A stretch of 64,000 nt of DNA from positions 2,418,001 to 2,482,000 of the forward strand of contig ML978124.1 of NCBI GenBank assembly GCA_010015805.1. The letters run 5' to 3'. The translations under genes and the position numbers were made by a program. This stretch comes from Rhizodiscina lignyota (lineage: Eukaryota). The notes beneath the pieces are model-generated. The model was not told where the DNA came from. It did no database searches and saw only the letters and a list, made by a program, of their open reading frames with translations. Within the stretch, counting starts at the first letter, position 1. Every line of letters starts with the position of its first letter. Below, in pieces: positions 12,603 to 25,900 of the stretch.

Positions 12603-14447
12603 CTTGTTTCTCTTGAAAGAACTTATTGATAGGTGTCGCAGATGTATTATGAGAAAGGTGACTTCGACGATTGGATGCAAACTGAAGGATGCTGCCTCCT
12701 CGTTGATGCGGAGAGCAAGACCTTAATATACTGCTCATCGAGCAATTGTGGTAGATGTTAAACTCCGTCATGACTGAAGGTTGGATCCCGGGTTTAGACT
12801 TAATTGCGGCTTTAGGAAATTAGACGTAGCTGCGGAGTTGGAAGGAACTTTGTTGTGACAATATCAAAGTCCTCCATGAGTTTCAATGAAAACACCGGAA
12901 TCGCCGTTGTCCATTTTCGGCGAACTTCGTCACACCTCCTCATCTTCCGCACCATAATTCCGCGCCTCTCAAAGTTCGTAAGAACAATCTATCGCCGTGC
13001 ACTCAGAGCCTCACCCATATGTACGGTAGCGGATCTGTATCGTGATGAACTCGTCCTGTGAGTCGGTTCGCGTGAAGATCTTTGAAAGCATCCCAGTTAT
13101 CGTAGCTTGCTTACTACTCATTTCTAATGCGAAAGCAGAGGTCTTCGTTGAACTCAACACCAGAACGAACGGCAAAACGCAAGTCTGATGCTGACGGCAT
13201 CAAGCTTTCGCTCGAAGAGGTAGTATTGCGCGCGATGGTGGACAGTAGGACTGAGGAGACCATGAAGGGTGTGACTCCTTGCCGGCTCTCTCCGTTTCTA
13301 CATCTGACATCCGACGATCCGTACCTTTTTATTCTCCTGGACATGTGCACAATCGATCTCATTTGGAGGAGATGAACAAGAAATACGATGATCATTTCCG
13401 AGATCATTACTCTGAGCCGGAGTAGACCACACACTGCTGCGGGTGTTCTTGGACTCCAAAGGTCCACTCCTCGGCGAGTTCGCTTGTCTGCCATTAGCAA
13501 AAGTCAACTAACGCAGCTTTTTCAATATTTGACTTTGTTATGTTTCATCAGTTCTCTAGTCCGTGAGTCGTCTTTCCATTCAGTCTCTTGAAGATGTGAA
13601 TATAATGGATGACGCTACACCGGTCGGCCTCTGTACCTACCGTCAGCGACCTCGTCCCAGGTGACAGTGACAGTACGAGGGCCGCAAAGGCGACATCGTT
13701 ACGAAAGCTGACCTTGTCCTCTTGGGGAATTGAACTGAAGAGCAGAATTGAGGTAGTCGCAGAAGCAAAGTATTCAAACGCCGTCTTCCATGTGCAATAG
13801 TTGACTCCAAATCGCAGGGAACTCTACCCTACTTCTCCCCTTCGAAAGCTAGAAAGTCCGCAAAGGGAACACGAAACGGGTAGAATGGATTTGCAGACTC
13901 GAAGCATTCTATCCTTGATAACAGGTGTAGTCGTCGCCACTGATTCTACCCGGAGACTCACTGGTTCTTATTTACTATGTCTGGTGTCTGAGACCGTCCC
14001 CGGGACTCCCGGCCATCATAGATGTCACTCTCGACCATGATATCGTAAGAAGCCGATCTAATTAATCTTTCACGGTGGACTACATGTGCCCAGCCGAGTA
14101 CGATCCAGTGCAAAAGAGTGGAGGGTGGAGAAAGCCAATGAGTTGTGTGGGCATCGAAACCAGTAGCAAAACCCATCGCGCCTCCGTCCTCACAGAGTCT
14201 CAGCTCTCGTTGCCTGCTGCATCATAGAGATGGGGCATTCAGCATGAGTACAAATCTTCAAATTGAGTTTCCATCTGCTACAAAAAATAGCACGCGGATA
14301 GTCAGTAGTATGATGTGTTAAATCACGCTGTCCGGCTATTGGCGGTTACATTCACAACGCTTCACGTTTTGACCTCCAGCGGAACACTTTGATAGGGGGT
14401 TTACGATACCACGGTTATTAGCGTAATTTAGATTAATTTGAGAAGAG

Positions 14448-14454
14448 TATATAA
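14448..14454 (+). promoter_or_regulatory. TATA box (TATATAA) of the cystine-knot peptide gene
   Basis: TATATAA followed by a CT-rich leader, about 150 bp upstream of ATG 14602. Confidence 0.6.
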
Positions 14455-14601
14455 GCTTCCTACTCTCTTCCGAATCTCTCCTCCCTTCAACAACCTCCGA
14501 GATCAACACCTTTACAAGCGTCTCTCACTTCTCACTACAACCTCTTCACTCAACCCTCTATCATCAAACCGAGTCTTCAAAGTCAACTGCCTCTACTCAA
14601 A

Positions 14602-14895
14602 ATGAAGGTCAACTTCCTCAACATGGCGCTCCTCGCCGCCTTCGTTCCCGCTGTTCTGGCAGGCCCCGTTGCCACGCCCACTTCTCCAGCACCCTCGCTT
14701 ACTGAGCTCACTGACCGTAGCGCACCTGTATGTGTTGCGCCGGATGAGAATAACATTATGATTCTAACGTCACTGTAGTGCCGCATCCAGGGGTCGCTCT
14801 GCCAGGAGGACAACCAGTGCTGCACTGGCCAGTGCACCGAGCCCGTCCCGACGTACAACTGGTTCTTCGGAGTTGTCATCGGAGGCTGCCTCTAA
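14602..14895 (+). CDS. 80-aa small secreted cysteine-rich prepropeptide with an inhibitor-cystine-knot (C-C-CC-C-C) pattern
   Basis: Exons 14602-14727 and 14779-14895; 51-nt intron GTATGT..TCTAAC..TAG. Protein: MKVNFLNMALLAAFVPAVLA-GPVATPTSPAPSLTELTDR-SAPCRIQGSLCQEDNQCCTGQCTEPVPTYNWFFGVVIGGCL*. Confidence 0.85.
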
Positions 14896-15396
14896 AGCAA
14901 TGACTCTTCAAACACTATCGGACCTTTTGATCGAGGATTGAATGAAATCGGAGTTGGCGGTTATCTGGGAATGAGTGGGTTTGGATGGGAATTACGCACA
15001 CCAGTGAATCAGGGAACGGGGAAACCAACTACGGCACAAGACAGTGACATGTCCATCCCTGGAAGTCTACACTTTTAGTTAGCTGCAGTCTAGCTAGGAA
15101 TGGCAGGAAATTCAACTGGTGACATGCATTATCTTTGAAATAATTCCGCGTGCTGTGTTACCTTTGCATAACCCGTGAACTTTTCGTGTTAATTTGAGAT
15201 ACCCTTCGGTGTGGGTCTAAGAACTCTTTAAGCTCAAAATGAGTATCGCAGCAATCTCTATACTGGCGGACAAGTCACTAGTGACCACCGCAGGTCCCAA
15301 TCGCTGAAGTAGATGCTAAGAAGACATACCCAAACTATCGTTCGGAATTTCATTGCGTGTTCAAACTTCTTCAGGATCTCTATGTACTCGTCGACT

Positions 15397-17316
15397 CTAC
15401 CACATGAAGCGCTGTATATTTCCTGGCTCCTGCGGCCAGCTGAACCCACGGTACAAGAACATGTATCCCGTTGCAGCATTGATGGCGAAGAACCATAGAG
15501 TTTCTAACCACAAGCGGTGATCATGCTCTTGAAGAGCGTCTACCAATCCCTCTTGAGCGGCTCCGTGCGGACTCCCGTTCTTCGCACGAGTCGGATTTCT
15601 GCCTGATGTCGCAGCAAAGCGATAAGCTGGTACATGCAACCGCCAGACAACCCACGGGATAATGAAGTATCGCGGCTCAACTAGGGGCGCCGTAACAAGA
15701 GACAGCGCTGTTGATGCGAGCCACACAATGACAAAGCTCGCATTGCAACTGCCATCGCTCCGAGTCGCGGTCTGTTTTGCTATATCCTGGCCTTTCTTGA
15801 CACATTTCTCTTCTTTCCTCGGTATCTCTGACGCTTCCGAGCCGCCGAGAGCATTAATGCTCAAGTAGGCGCAGAGAACGTATGTCGGAGCTGCGCCGTA
15901 TTTTGTGAAACCATTTCGAAGCAATATCCGGAAGACGTAGAACATGTAATGCCTGTTGTCCGCGAGTGTGAAAGGATGCACAATAGTGTTAACGCGAATC
16001 ACGAGTGCCGCAATCGCCGAGAAGGCCGCGAATATGCAAAGTCGAGGTAAGTTCGTTTTGGCTTCCTTTGACCGGGGGCTGAGACCGGGAGCGCGGGATA
16101 GGAGATGCAACGCGAGACGCAAAGCGCTCGGAAGCATTAGCGGGAAAGAGAAGAACACAAAGTAGGGCCAGATGTATAGCATCTGCGGGAGATGAATTGT
16201 TGCGACATGATTTGACTTGTCGCCTGGTGTCTTGAAGTTAGCTTTTCAGATTGTGATGAACTTGGGTGACCTGCATACCAAGTACTACGCCACCGTTCCA
16301 CAAAACGAAACAAGCAAAGATGCCCAGGATGAAGCCATACTGCAGAAGAGCAGGTACAACACGTCTGAGGTTCCTTAACGTGGCGACTATAATAGACGCT
16401 GTGGTAAGAAGGTAGTCTGTCAGGGAAGTCAGAAACTCGTCGGTGACTGTAGCATCTAGTCACTTACCCTCAAGGGTAGCTTCAATAATTGGAGGATCAT
16501 ATACACTGCCTTCTGTCCAAGCCTGCTTCAATACACGAGACGACAGCTGCATCAATGATTCACTGTCTCTACGACGAGCTCCAGCAGGGGAGTGTTGCAA
16601 TGTGGAAATAACAGTGAGTCCGGCAGGAAAGACTGCAACCCAAAAGATGTTGGTTTGTCTGATAGTGAGACTACAGAGTGCCCATGCGATTTGCGAGGGC
16701 GAGAACAGCTTGGCCTTCGAGGATTCCGCCATGTAACACCAATAGAAGCTGAGAACGAGCAACGTGGATGCTATGTCCGTGTAGTAGAGTCCGGAGAAGA
16801 AGAACAGCAGCGGAAATAGCGTTATGTTGAATGCGCTGTGGGCGTCATTCAGAGCCTGCGTCAAAGAGTTCCGAGGAGTTGTGCCGTTCGCTCTCCGCAA
16901 TTCCAGAATCCAATGCGCTACGATGCCAACTGCACCAAGTAGTCCCATATTCACAGCGCGAAGATTATAGACAGTGCAGCCGTCGCCTACCCATCTCAAC
17001 GGAATTGAGAGAACATATCTGTAAAGAATTAGACATCATTATGGGTAGATATAGGGTATTCCCTCACAGCCCAGGGGGAGTTGTGATCTTTGGATCCCAT
17101 TGACTCAATTTGCCATCACAATAAGCTTGAGCTTGCCGGAGATGGAAGACTTCATCCTAGAAACAACTGTTAGATATATCCTACTCATATTACAAAGCTT
17201 TGGTGGAGTACCAGGTAAGGGGCTGGAACGATGGCAGACACCAGCTTGTACCAATATCCAGCAAAGATCGTGCATAAGAAGAAAAGAAGGGGAAACAAAA
17301 CGAGAATATTCATCAT
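15397..17316 (-). CDS. ALG10: Dol-P-Glc alpha-1,2-glucosyltransferase Alg10/Die2
   Basis: Spliced [31 protein letters not shown] (introns 17157-17211 and 17019-17067). Also [42 protein letters not shown] and terminal QRFMW. Further introns lie near 16.2-16.5 kb. Confidence 0.95.
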
Positions 17317-17652
17317 TTATGGATTTGAGGCGCTTAACAGTGATATCTTCTTCAGTCCATTGCGAATGAGCTCCTTCGAAGACGCCTGGCAAAAGATTGA
17401 AGCAGTAGTTGGATGGCGAGAGACGAGGTCCCCCGTTGGAGATGTTTGATTATTAAAGTAACTTCTAAAGTCTCTGATTGCTTCTCATGTCAGGTCTTTA
17501 GATCTTTGAAGAAGACGCCACTTCTTTTTCAAGATGTATTCCTCTAGCTGGCCTAATTCGATTGGATCGGATGAACTTCGGACGACGCGACGCATTGTAC
17601 AAAGCGCGAACTTCATCAAACGCACCAACTCCACATCTCCTCGCAATCAACC

Positions 17653-18524
17653 ATGGCGCTACCATTACCGCGAGGCTTGACGCCTCCCGAAGTTGCTTTT
17701 ATCTGTGAAATGGAACTCGTCACCGTCATACCGCGACAGCGACTTGACGCACTCGAATTGCTTGGGGTGAGTTAACCCTCAAACCCACGCGTCGTACGTG
17801 TAAAACTCAGTGCTGGACGCGTTTGCACTTTGCTAACCGAAATACTATCTTCTAGGGGCCGACACCTGCTCTGCGACCGCCTCATAGAAACAATATCCCC
17901 CTCTGGCTCGCGTTGCTTCTGAAGCGCCAGCGACGCGCCAATATCGTCCCACCTCCATGGCTACAACCCGCCGCACTCTCTGCGATCCTCGAATTCGAGA
18001 CTAAACATGCTAAGGATGTCTTCTCTCCACCGCCGAAACTCCCTCCATCTGCAGACGGATCCAACATGACGAGTCCCCCATTCCTGCCTTCATCTACAGC
18101 AGATGCACCGCCCGATGCTCTTCCTTACCACTGGCTTGAACTCGGAGAGATGCTCCTTAACGCGGCACCAGATGATTTTGAGGAGCCAGATCAAGTAAGA
18201 AGACTGATGCGTGATTTAAGAGAAGTGAGAATGGCAAAGCTACGGGCAGGCGTCGACGTTCTTGATGCAGGAGGCGGGGTAAAGATGAATGGCGTTGGTG
18301 GCATGGAGGTCGCTGAGGGGAGAGCCTTCATCGGAGGGGTGATTGATGGACTGAGGTATGCGTACTTTTTTGAGAAAGCACGATGTGCACTTGGCGATAC
18401 TGATAGTTGTTACAGAAAGATTGGAGCATCAAGAGAACAGAGCAGGCGTGAAGGCGAGGCGGACGGTGGTGCAAATGGATACGGACGGACCGCAGACTAC
18501 GATGACGACGAGATGGACGTATGA
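17653..18524 (+). CDS. PSF2: GINS complex subunit Psf2
   Basis: [72 protein letters not shown]. Introns 17767-17855 and 18356-18415. Confidence 0.96.
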
Positions 18525-21500
18525 TACTGCGCCTAAATTCGACGAGCTGTCAGCTCTGGGGTTCTGCTGGGGGAGTGTTTCGTCAAGCTCCAGCAGAACT
18601 GACAGAAGCCCGCAGGGAGTGGCATCCGACTCCATAATGGGTGATGTCCGCCACCAACTGCAGTGTCGATCCTCCGCACGGTAAGGCTCCAACTGTCGCA
18701 TCATGTCGACTCGAGCTCCAATGCACCCAGTGGGGTTGATCAGTTGTAGGCGTTTCTAGCCACGCCACGCGGGGAGAAAACCGCCAGATCCAGAAACATC
18801 GATCCTGAAGCAAGCTCGTCCAGGTTGGGTTGGAGATATGGAGACACAACTTGACAGGTCCCTTGCGTCTATCTACGTACACCAGGTGAGACGAGTGGAG
18901 CTGATGCGTACATCACATGTGGTAAGAGTCAGCAGATGCTGTAGATATAATCCTAAGCGAAGCAATGTCACGCTTAAACTTGTCCAGTCTCGCAACTTGC
19001 CGAGGGACCCTGAACTTTGCCATCTGATGGCCTGAACGTCAAATGCTTCAAAGATGCTTTTCACCCTGGGGACTGTTGAAACGTGAAACACTTCATCTGT
19101 GCCTCGGCCTTGCTGACGTTTTCCAAACCTCGCACGCTCCCTTCAAGATTTTGACGTTTCGAGGTTCGTGACCTAAGAAAATAACTCGCAGGGTATTTCC
19201 GGAGGCCGCTGGATCCGCATTGAACAACGTGGCAGCCACGATGGGTGATTGCTGTGTGAGGTAATGCGAACGCTAGTTAGACTTCTTACCTGAGGGCACT
19301 CTGAGAAAAGTCTATTTGAACGAAAAGAGAAAGAAGACTCCGTCGCCAGGGCATGAATCAAAAACTCAAAGACTGCTTTGCATGTGGGGTGCACGATTCA
19401 TGCAGTTCAAATTCAATGCTCAGAGCTCTCCGCATCCGGACAACGTGGGTGCTCAAACAAGCATAGCACGGGAAGAACGTCAAGGGACTTTACGGAGCGG
19501 CTTCCTGTCCGGAATACCTCCCCGAAGCAGTGAAGCACACTGGAAAGGCCTAGGTTTATTATTGCATGGTTCGTGCAAAAAGGTTACCTGGCAGCCTGGT
19601 AGCCTGGTTAGCACCTATACCCACTGCAGGAGGTAGGAGCTATATCCAAGCGACGTATCATTCCATGCCCACGAGCATGATCGTACCACATCAATGCCGT
19701 TCAGATAGCCTCATGCACAGTAGTAGCAATTCCATCTACAAATTCCAGCCCGCTTTGCCAAGTTCCAGGCTGAGCTGCGTGCGCACGCGGTTCGGAGATT
19801 TCAGAAGCGGGAAGCTGCGGAGAAAATTGCCCACGCGGCATTAGAGATGACATTCTCAACGACGGCTGGGCTGTGGGACTGCACCTGTAGCGTGATTTTG
19901 GGAGGATCACGATCGTGCGTTCGACGAGACTGCGGGAAGTCCCCCGCATTTCAGGCTGAACCGTTAGTTGGGTTCTTTCTGGACTTCCGATGGAATGTGC
20001 AAAACAGTTTCATGGTTTATGATCTGAGGTACATAGAGACTAGCGATAAGGGCAAGACTCGGATCATGAATGAAGCCCTGATGCCGAAATGGGAGTGATC
20101 AGTGCCGATTGAAAGCCAAATTGGTGAAGGAAGAGAAGCCTGATATCGGTCACTTAGCCTAAATGGTAAGCTTTGTCTGGTCCGAGCGATTTCTAATGGA
20201 AAGAGAAACCCGTTACGGCTTCGACGCGCTTCTCACGCGACTCATGGAAGAGGGTTGAATAATGTGAATTCCTTTTGTTGACTCGATGGAGGAAGCATTG
20301 TATTCCTTCACAACGATCAATCGTGGAGTTGGACGAAGCTAGACGTCCAAGTCGGAAGGATAAAGCCGCACATGGCACAACCAGTTCCTCGGGCCCAGAG
20401 TCGCGAATTCCCAAGCTCAACAAGTGCCGTGACGATTCCATCACGTTCCTTTCGATAAAAGCCCAGTGTGAAAGTCGCGTGAAATTGGCGTCTGCATCCC
20501 AAAGGGCTGGGCATCTGCCGCGCGTGTGGGCCGCTCGAAAGAGCAACTCGTAACTGCGATATTCCCTGCGAGTCTGCACGACGGCAGCTAAATCGCACGC
20601 CTACTGCAGGATGGTGCAGATGGCGTAGATCACTATCTTTTTCCCCGTCCAAGCCAATCAGCACTGGTAGAATTCAATAAATACTTTGTTTCGCCAAAAG
20701 GAAAGGGGACAGGGAAGGTGACATCTGGTCGTCAAGCAGTTGTCGGGGAGAGAGCTGTGGTCGTGAACGGTATGGCGAGTCTCGAGATGACAATCTTAAC
20801 CCCGCTACCATATCTGCTGCCATGTGGAACATCGAATCAGAACGTGCAAGTCTTCCATTTCATATCTTCTCAGCTAACCACCGCCCGATCACGCGCGCGT
20901 GGTTCCTGCAGCGGGAAGGAATCGGCCATTGCGAAGAGAGCACAGCTTGGCCCCTCTGCCAAAAAATCTCCGTGCAACAGGCCTGGAGTCGTCAAAAATA
21001 AACGGCGGATCAGAAAAAGAAAGGCCGCAGGTTGGGGGCTTTTGAGGGGAGGCCGCTTGCAATGCCGTGAAGTCACGGAGGTTGCGCCGGCTAGAAACAA
21101 GCGAATGGGTTGACGCCATGACCAGCCGACAATTTCATTCTGCTCCGATCGAAACTTCGAGTCAGCGCGCTCCCATCTCTTCGGGACCAACAGGACTCGC
21201 CCTCTACGCTCCCAATACTCGTGCAGCGGTTGCGTGCGTTCAGCGAGTGGACGCAGCTGTAGAAGGTCAGCTCGACGATGAAACCCCACGTTACAGCTGT
21301 AGGAGAAATTAGAGTAATCTATTCTCCGAGTATGACCATGTGATGCTTGCCAACACGTCTTGAAGCCCAATAACGAAGACGAAGGCCGACGCTCCGCGTT
21401 GCTTGGTCAAAGATTAGCCCGCCAGGGCCCAACAGGAGGTTTTAGCGCAGACGAACGGCAGCCCCATTTCTGCACGCCGGCTTGGCCTCTGCCCTCGCCA

Positions 21501-22946
21501 CGGCCACAGTGATGTTAAGCCGTGATGGGATGGACGACCGCGCGGAAAGAGTCGCCGCACGCCAGACCCTCCAGTGGCTCTGTGCGTCCATGTGAGGTTT
21601 CGACACTACGGCCAGAAGAGCTGTGATGCTCCTCGCACGGCCCCGGCCAGTGATGACAACCCCAGTCCCCGGATGGGGCCACGAGGGAGGATCCATGTGT
21701 TCGAGCAGCAGGGCCGCATAGAGAAAGGCGCTGGTGGTAAGCAGGCATGTAGGGGAATAGGGGTTGGCGATCCACGCTGCAGACGACTCGACACGAAGTC
21801 GAAAGCAGCCATGTCGCCGGCGGGTGGGTTGCGAGGCGGAGGTGGATATGAAAGTGGCGTTAGATGCACTCACTCCACCAACGCCTACGCCGGCACAGGC
21901 TTGCGATCCTGCGCGAGGATCAAGCTTCTCAGCCGTGTGCCCCGGAGAGCGAGAGGTAGCGTGTGTTTTTCGCTGAGCAACAGGCACAGACGGCGTGCAG
22001 GCCCTCATCCCATAGTGCTCCGGGGTAGGTCGCGCGCGAGCGAAGTTAGACTTCGTCTCTCCCTCTGACATCCGTACCTGACGTCCGCCTGTAACCACCA
22101 CGGTCCTTACAGAACGCAGCTTACGAGCGTGTCGTCAAACCTTCCATTCCGCCGGCACCCACCGTTGGCGCACGAGGGCGAAAGGCGCTGGACGAGGATT
22201 CTGGCTGACAGTGCTTCTCTCGAGGCTGGACCCCGGACGCCTGGCACGCGCTGCACACTGAGCGTCGAGCGAGTGCAGTCTGCCAACCTCACAATTCCAC
22301 CTCGCCGCATTATTTGCAACCTCTCTTCTGGAATTCGGCGCTATTCAAGCATAACTGCTTGCCCGGACTCGCTGTCCCGCCAGAGCTGTCGGACGTTGCA
22401 GCTCAAACGGATCGTGTCACAGGCAACGCTCCCGAAGCGCCTTCGAAAACAACTCCCAGACGTGGTGATGCTCGTCATATAGCGTCACTCTCAATAACGC
22501 AAAGCCTAAGAAACAAACGACGCTCGGCCCCTCAGCTATTGCTTGTCGTCATACTGTACAATAGAGCTTTGTGCGCGGTAAAGAGCCTGGAAAGTGTTCG
22601 CGTGCAGTGGGAATGCTGTGCGTCTGCTCATTCTTCATCGAACCCAAGCAAGAGGCAAGTGCATTCCGCATCGAAGTCACGCTCCACTCTCGCTCTAATT
22701 CTCTGTTTAGACATAAACATACTATCGCTACCGAGGGACATCGCGCATCTGAAAACGCTTTGGCTCAATTGACATCACCGTCGCGTCGCCAGCCGACATA
22801 GGCAGCGTTCAGTGCCCGTCGCAGCTTCCGCGGACTCCAACAATCGTTCGATAAAAGCTCCGACCACCTTCTGGACTGGCTTTCGCACCACCAATGCATC
22901 GAAGGCCACCGTCTGGTGCTAGAAGACACCGCTGACCAGAATTCAA

Positions 22947-25900
22947 ATGACGACTTTCTTCGCAGAACCCTCTCCCGTAGGAGAGGCAGAATGGGGATCC
23001 GAGAAACTGGCTGCTACGACAATGCTCGTTCACAAAGTCAGCCATGAGGACATTCGAGCGAGCGCAATGGTGCCGGCTCCCTTGGCCATCGGAAAGGACC
23101 TTTCCCGGAGTCGGAGCACAGGCGTGCGCAGCGCGAATTCAAGCCACACTCGACAATCATCAGGCAAGACCCAACGGACTATGTCGCTAAAATCCAAATC
23201 GAATCCCTCACCACCTCTCACGCCGAGAACGTCGCGAGAAGAGATGGACGGAGAGGAAGAGGAGGAGGAGGAGGAGGAGGAACCTACCTTTCACAACTAC
23301 ATGCGCGCCTTCTATCCATTTCATCCGTCATCGACCGTCTCATCATCCTCCGACGCAAATTCCATAACCGTTCCGATAAACCAAGGCGATGTCATCCTTA
23401 TCCACTCCGTACATCCGAATGGCTGGGCGGACGGAACATTGTTGGCTTCAGGGGCGCGTGGTTGGCTACCAACGAATTATTGCGAGGCGTACGACCACGA
23501 GACAATCCGGAGTCTTCTCAACGCCCTGACGCAGCTTTGGGATCTTGTAAAGAATAATCAAGTGGACAACCTCGCGGCCTTTACGCGGCAGGATTATGTG
23601 CGCGCCATCATTGCAGGTGTACGCATCTTCTTGGTAAGTGCAGGAATATTGCAATTTAGAAACCAACATTTTATGAGACGGAAAGCACTGATATTTTGTA
23701 CAGGAAAAAACCCGATGTTTAAACCGCGAGTCCGAGCTCATCCAATCGCAAGTAAGCCTTCGCCGCCTACGGAAAGGTCTCTTGGGCGATCTGTCTGCGC
23801 TGGTGAAGATTGCCAAGCGGCTGCAGGAGCTTGTGCAGTCCGCTGCAGCTACTCAAACGGTCTATGAAGCGCTGGACGAGCTCGTTTTAAAGGCTTTTAA
23901 AGTCGTGATCCGGGCAGTTCGGTTTTTGGACATCTGGAGCCAGGACGTTCGGTCAGCGCACACCTCAGTAGACTATGCCGAGTCCACAAAAAGGCCACCG
24001 ACTCCGCCGTCAGATACTCAGACGGTGCACACAGTTGAGACTGATGCATTGTCCACGGCGAATATCGCATCTGATGCAGGGACAGATTCGATCATCGGAG
24101 AAGTATCACAAGAACTAACACAAAGGCGGACCGTGATAGAAACTCCTGCTGTATATTCTCCGACTACCTCAAGTTCGACAACAAACCCCAAACGAACATC
24201 TTCAATGCCATCTCGACGTCACTCGAAGCGGCTATCTGTTTCACACCGAGCCTCATACATTGGAAATTCAACTGGCATAAGATCTCCGAATCTCGCATCA
24301 GAACGGTTAAATGCGGCCCATGACGCTTTCCTGGGCTACATTGGGTCTTTCATTGGCCTCCACCTCCAATCACGCTCCTCCTCCGACCTACTTCACATTA
24401 CTCGACAATCCGTCATCGCGTCCAGAAAACTTTTGCTTGTTGCAGACGAGGTCTGGGAACGGGACGGCCGACGATCTGGCGCCTTGGAGCAGGCCAAAGA
24501 TGCCATGTATGCGCGATTGGCGGAATTAGTGCAAGCCACGAAAGACGTTCTCTCTCCAGCCTCCTTCGAAGACGACGTGTTCATGCCAGACCAGGGCAAG
24601 CAATTAGTTCTCGCCGCGACAAGTTGCGTTCGCGCAGCTGGCGAGTGCGTGTCGAAGACTCGATCTGTTATCGAACTAATCGGAGATTTCGAATTCGAAC
24701 CCGTCGGCTTGGGTTTACCGGACACCATTTTCCAAGATGTCGCACGTAGTGAGACCTCCGAGAAGCACAAGGTCAATCCCTCAATAGACGGTGCATCATC
24801 CGTTCACAGCACAGACAAGCCATTACCTCCGCCTCCTCAACCGATGCCACCGCAGCCAACAGAACCTCCTCCACCACCTCCACTTGATATCCCCACAGTT
24901 ACTGTGGACTCAAAACCTTTACCTGAGCCACCCGCACAATCGCCTGTTCAGACATTAGAAGATCTAGATGCTGGCCAAGCCGATGAGGCGGCTCCAAGTG
25001 TGCCCGAAACAATCGCAGAATCACCAGAATCATCACCAATAAGGGACGCACCGGAGCCTTCCGAGCCGCAAGACACAACTGCTGGAGCAGAGATCGTATC
25101 GCGGTCATCGATTGCAGAGTCCTTTGAGAGATCTGAGAGCCCACAGATTGTTATAGAACCTGTTCAAAGCCCAACAGAGAGCAATCCTCGAATGAGTCTG
25201 AGTCTCCGAGCTAGCCGCGTTTATAACAAGGGTATTCGATCCGACAGCGTCAACGAGTCTATCCCAGAAACTTCGAGCACTTATCCAAGTAGCATTCGGG
25301 ATGACGGCGCAAGCATTCTATCACAGAATTCAACTCGAGCAACAACACCGGACAGGTCACCCATCAACCTGCATAGCAATGACTCAACGATGCTTAGCAG
25401 CTACGGGAGCACTTCTGAGTTACAATCTATGGCCAATGACGATGTAACCGGCCTGGAAGAGGTTATCCTCGAGAAGACATATGCTCATGAGCTTATCCAC
25501 AACAAAGATGGACAGGTCACTGGAGGTTCACTACCTGCGCTTGTCGAGAAACTCACCACACATGACACGACACCCGATGCCACATTTGTCACCACATTCT
25601 ATCTCACTTTCCGCCTCTTCACCACACCTCAAGAGTTTGCTCGATCGCTTATTGATCGTTTCGAAAACGTGGGCGGCAATGCGAAAATTGGGGTTCCTGT
25701 TCGACTGCGAGTGTATAATGTCATGAAAGGCTGGCTCGAAAGCCATTGGCAAGCTGACACCGATGCCAGCGCGCTCCCTACCATCACAGAGTTTGCGAAC
25801 GGCCAGCTGAAGACTGCCCTCCCTGCTGCAGGAAAGAGACTTGTGGAGCTAACATCGAAAGTTACCGAGCTCAAAGAAGGTTCCATCGCTCCACGACTGG

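Noticed and set aside
12850..13830. Possible degraded minus-strand gene (fragment ..FAALVLSLSPGTRSL.. faintly like F-box/LRR proteins)
   Set aside because: Many stops and frame changes and no convincing motif; cannot be supported without a tblastn or HMM search.
21442..22101. 219-aa minus-strand ORF
   Set aside because: Ala/Arg/Ser-rich composition typical of chance ORFs in GC-rich DNA; no domain features.
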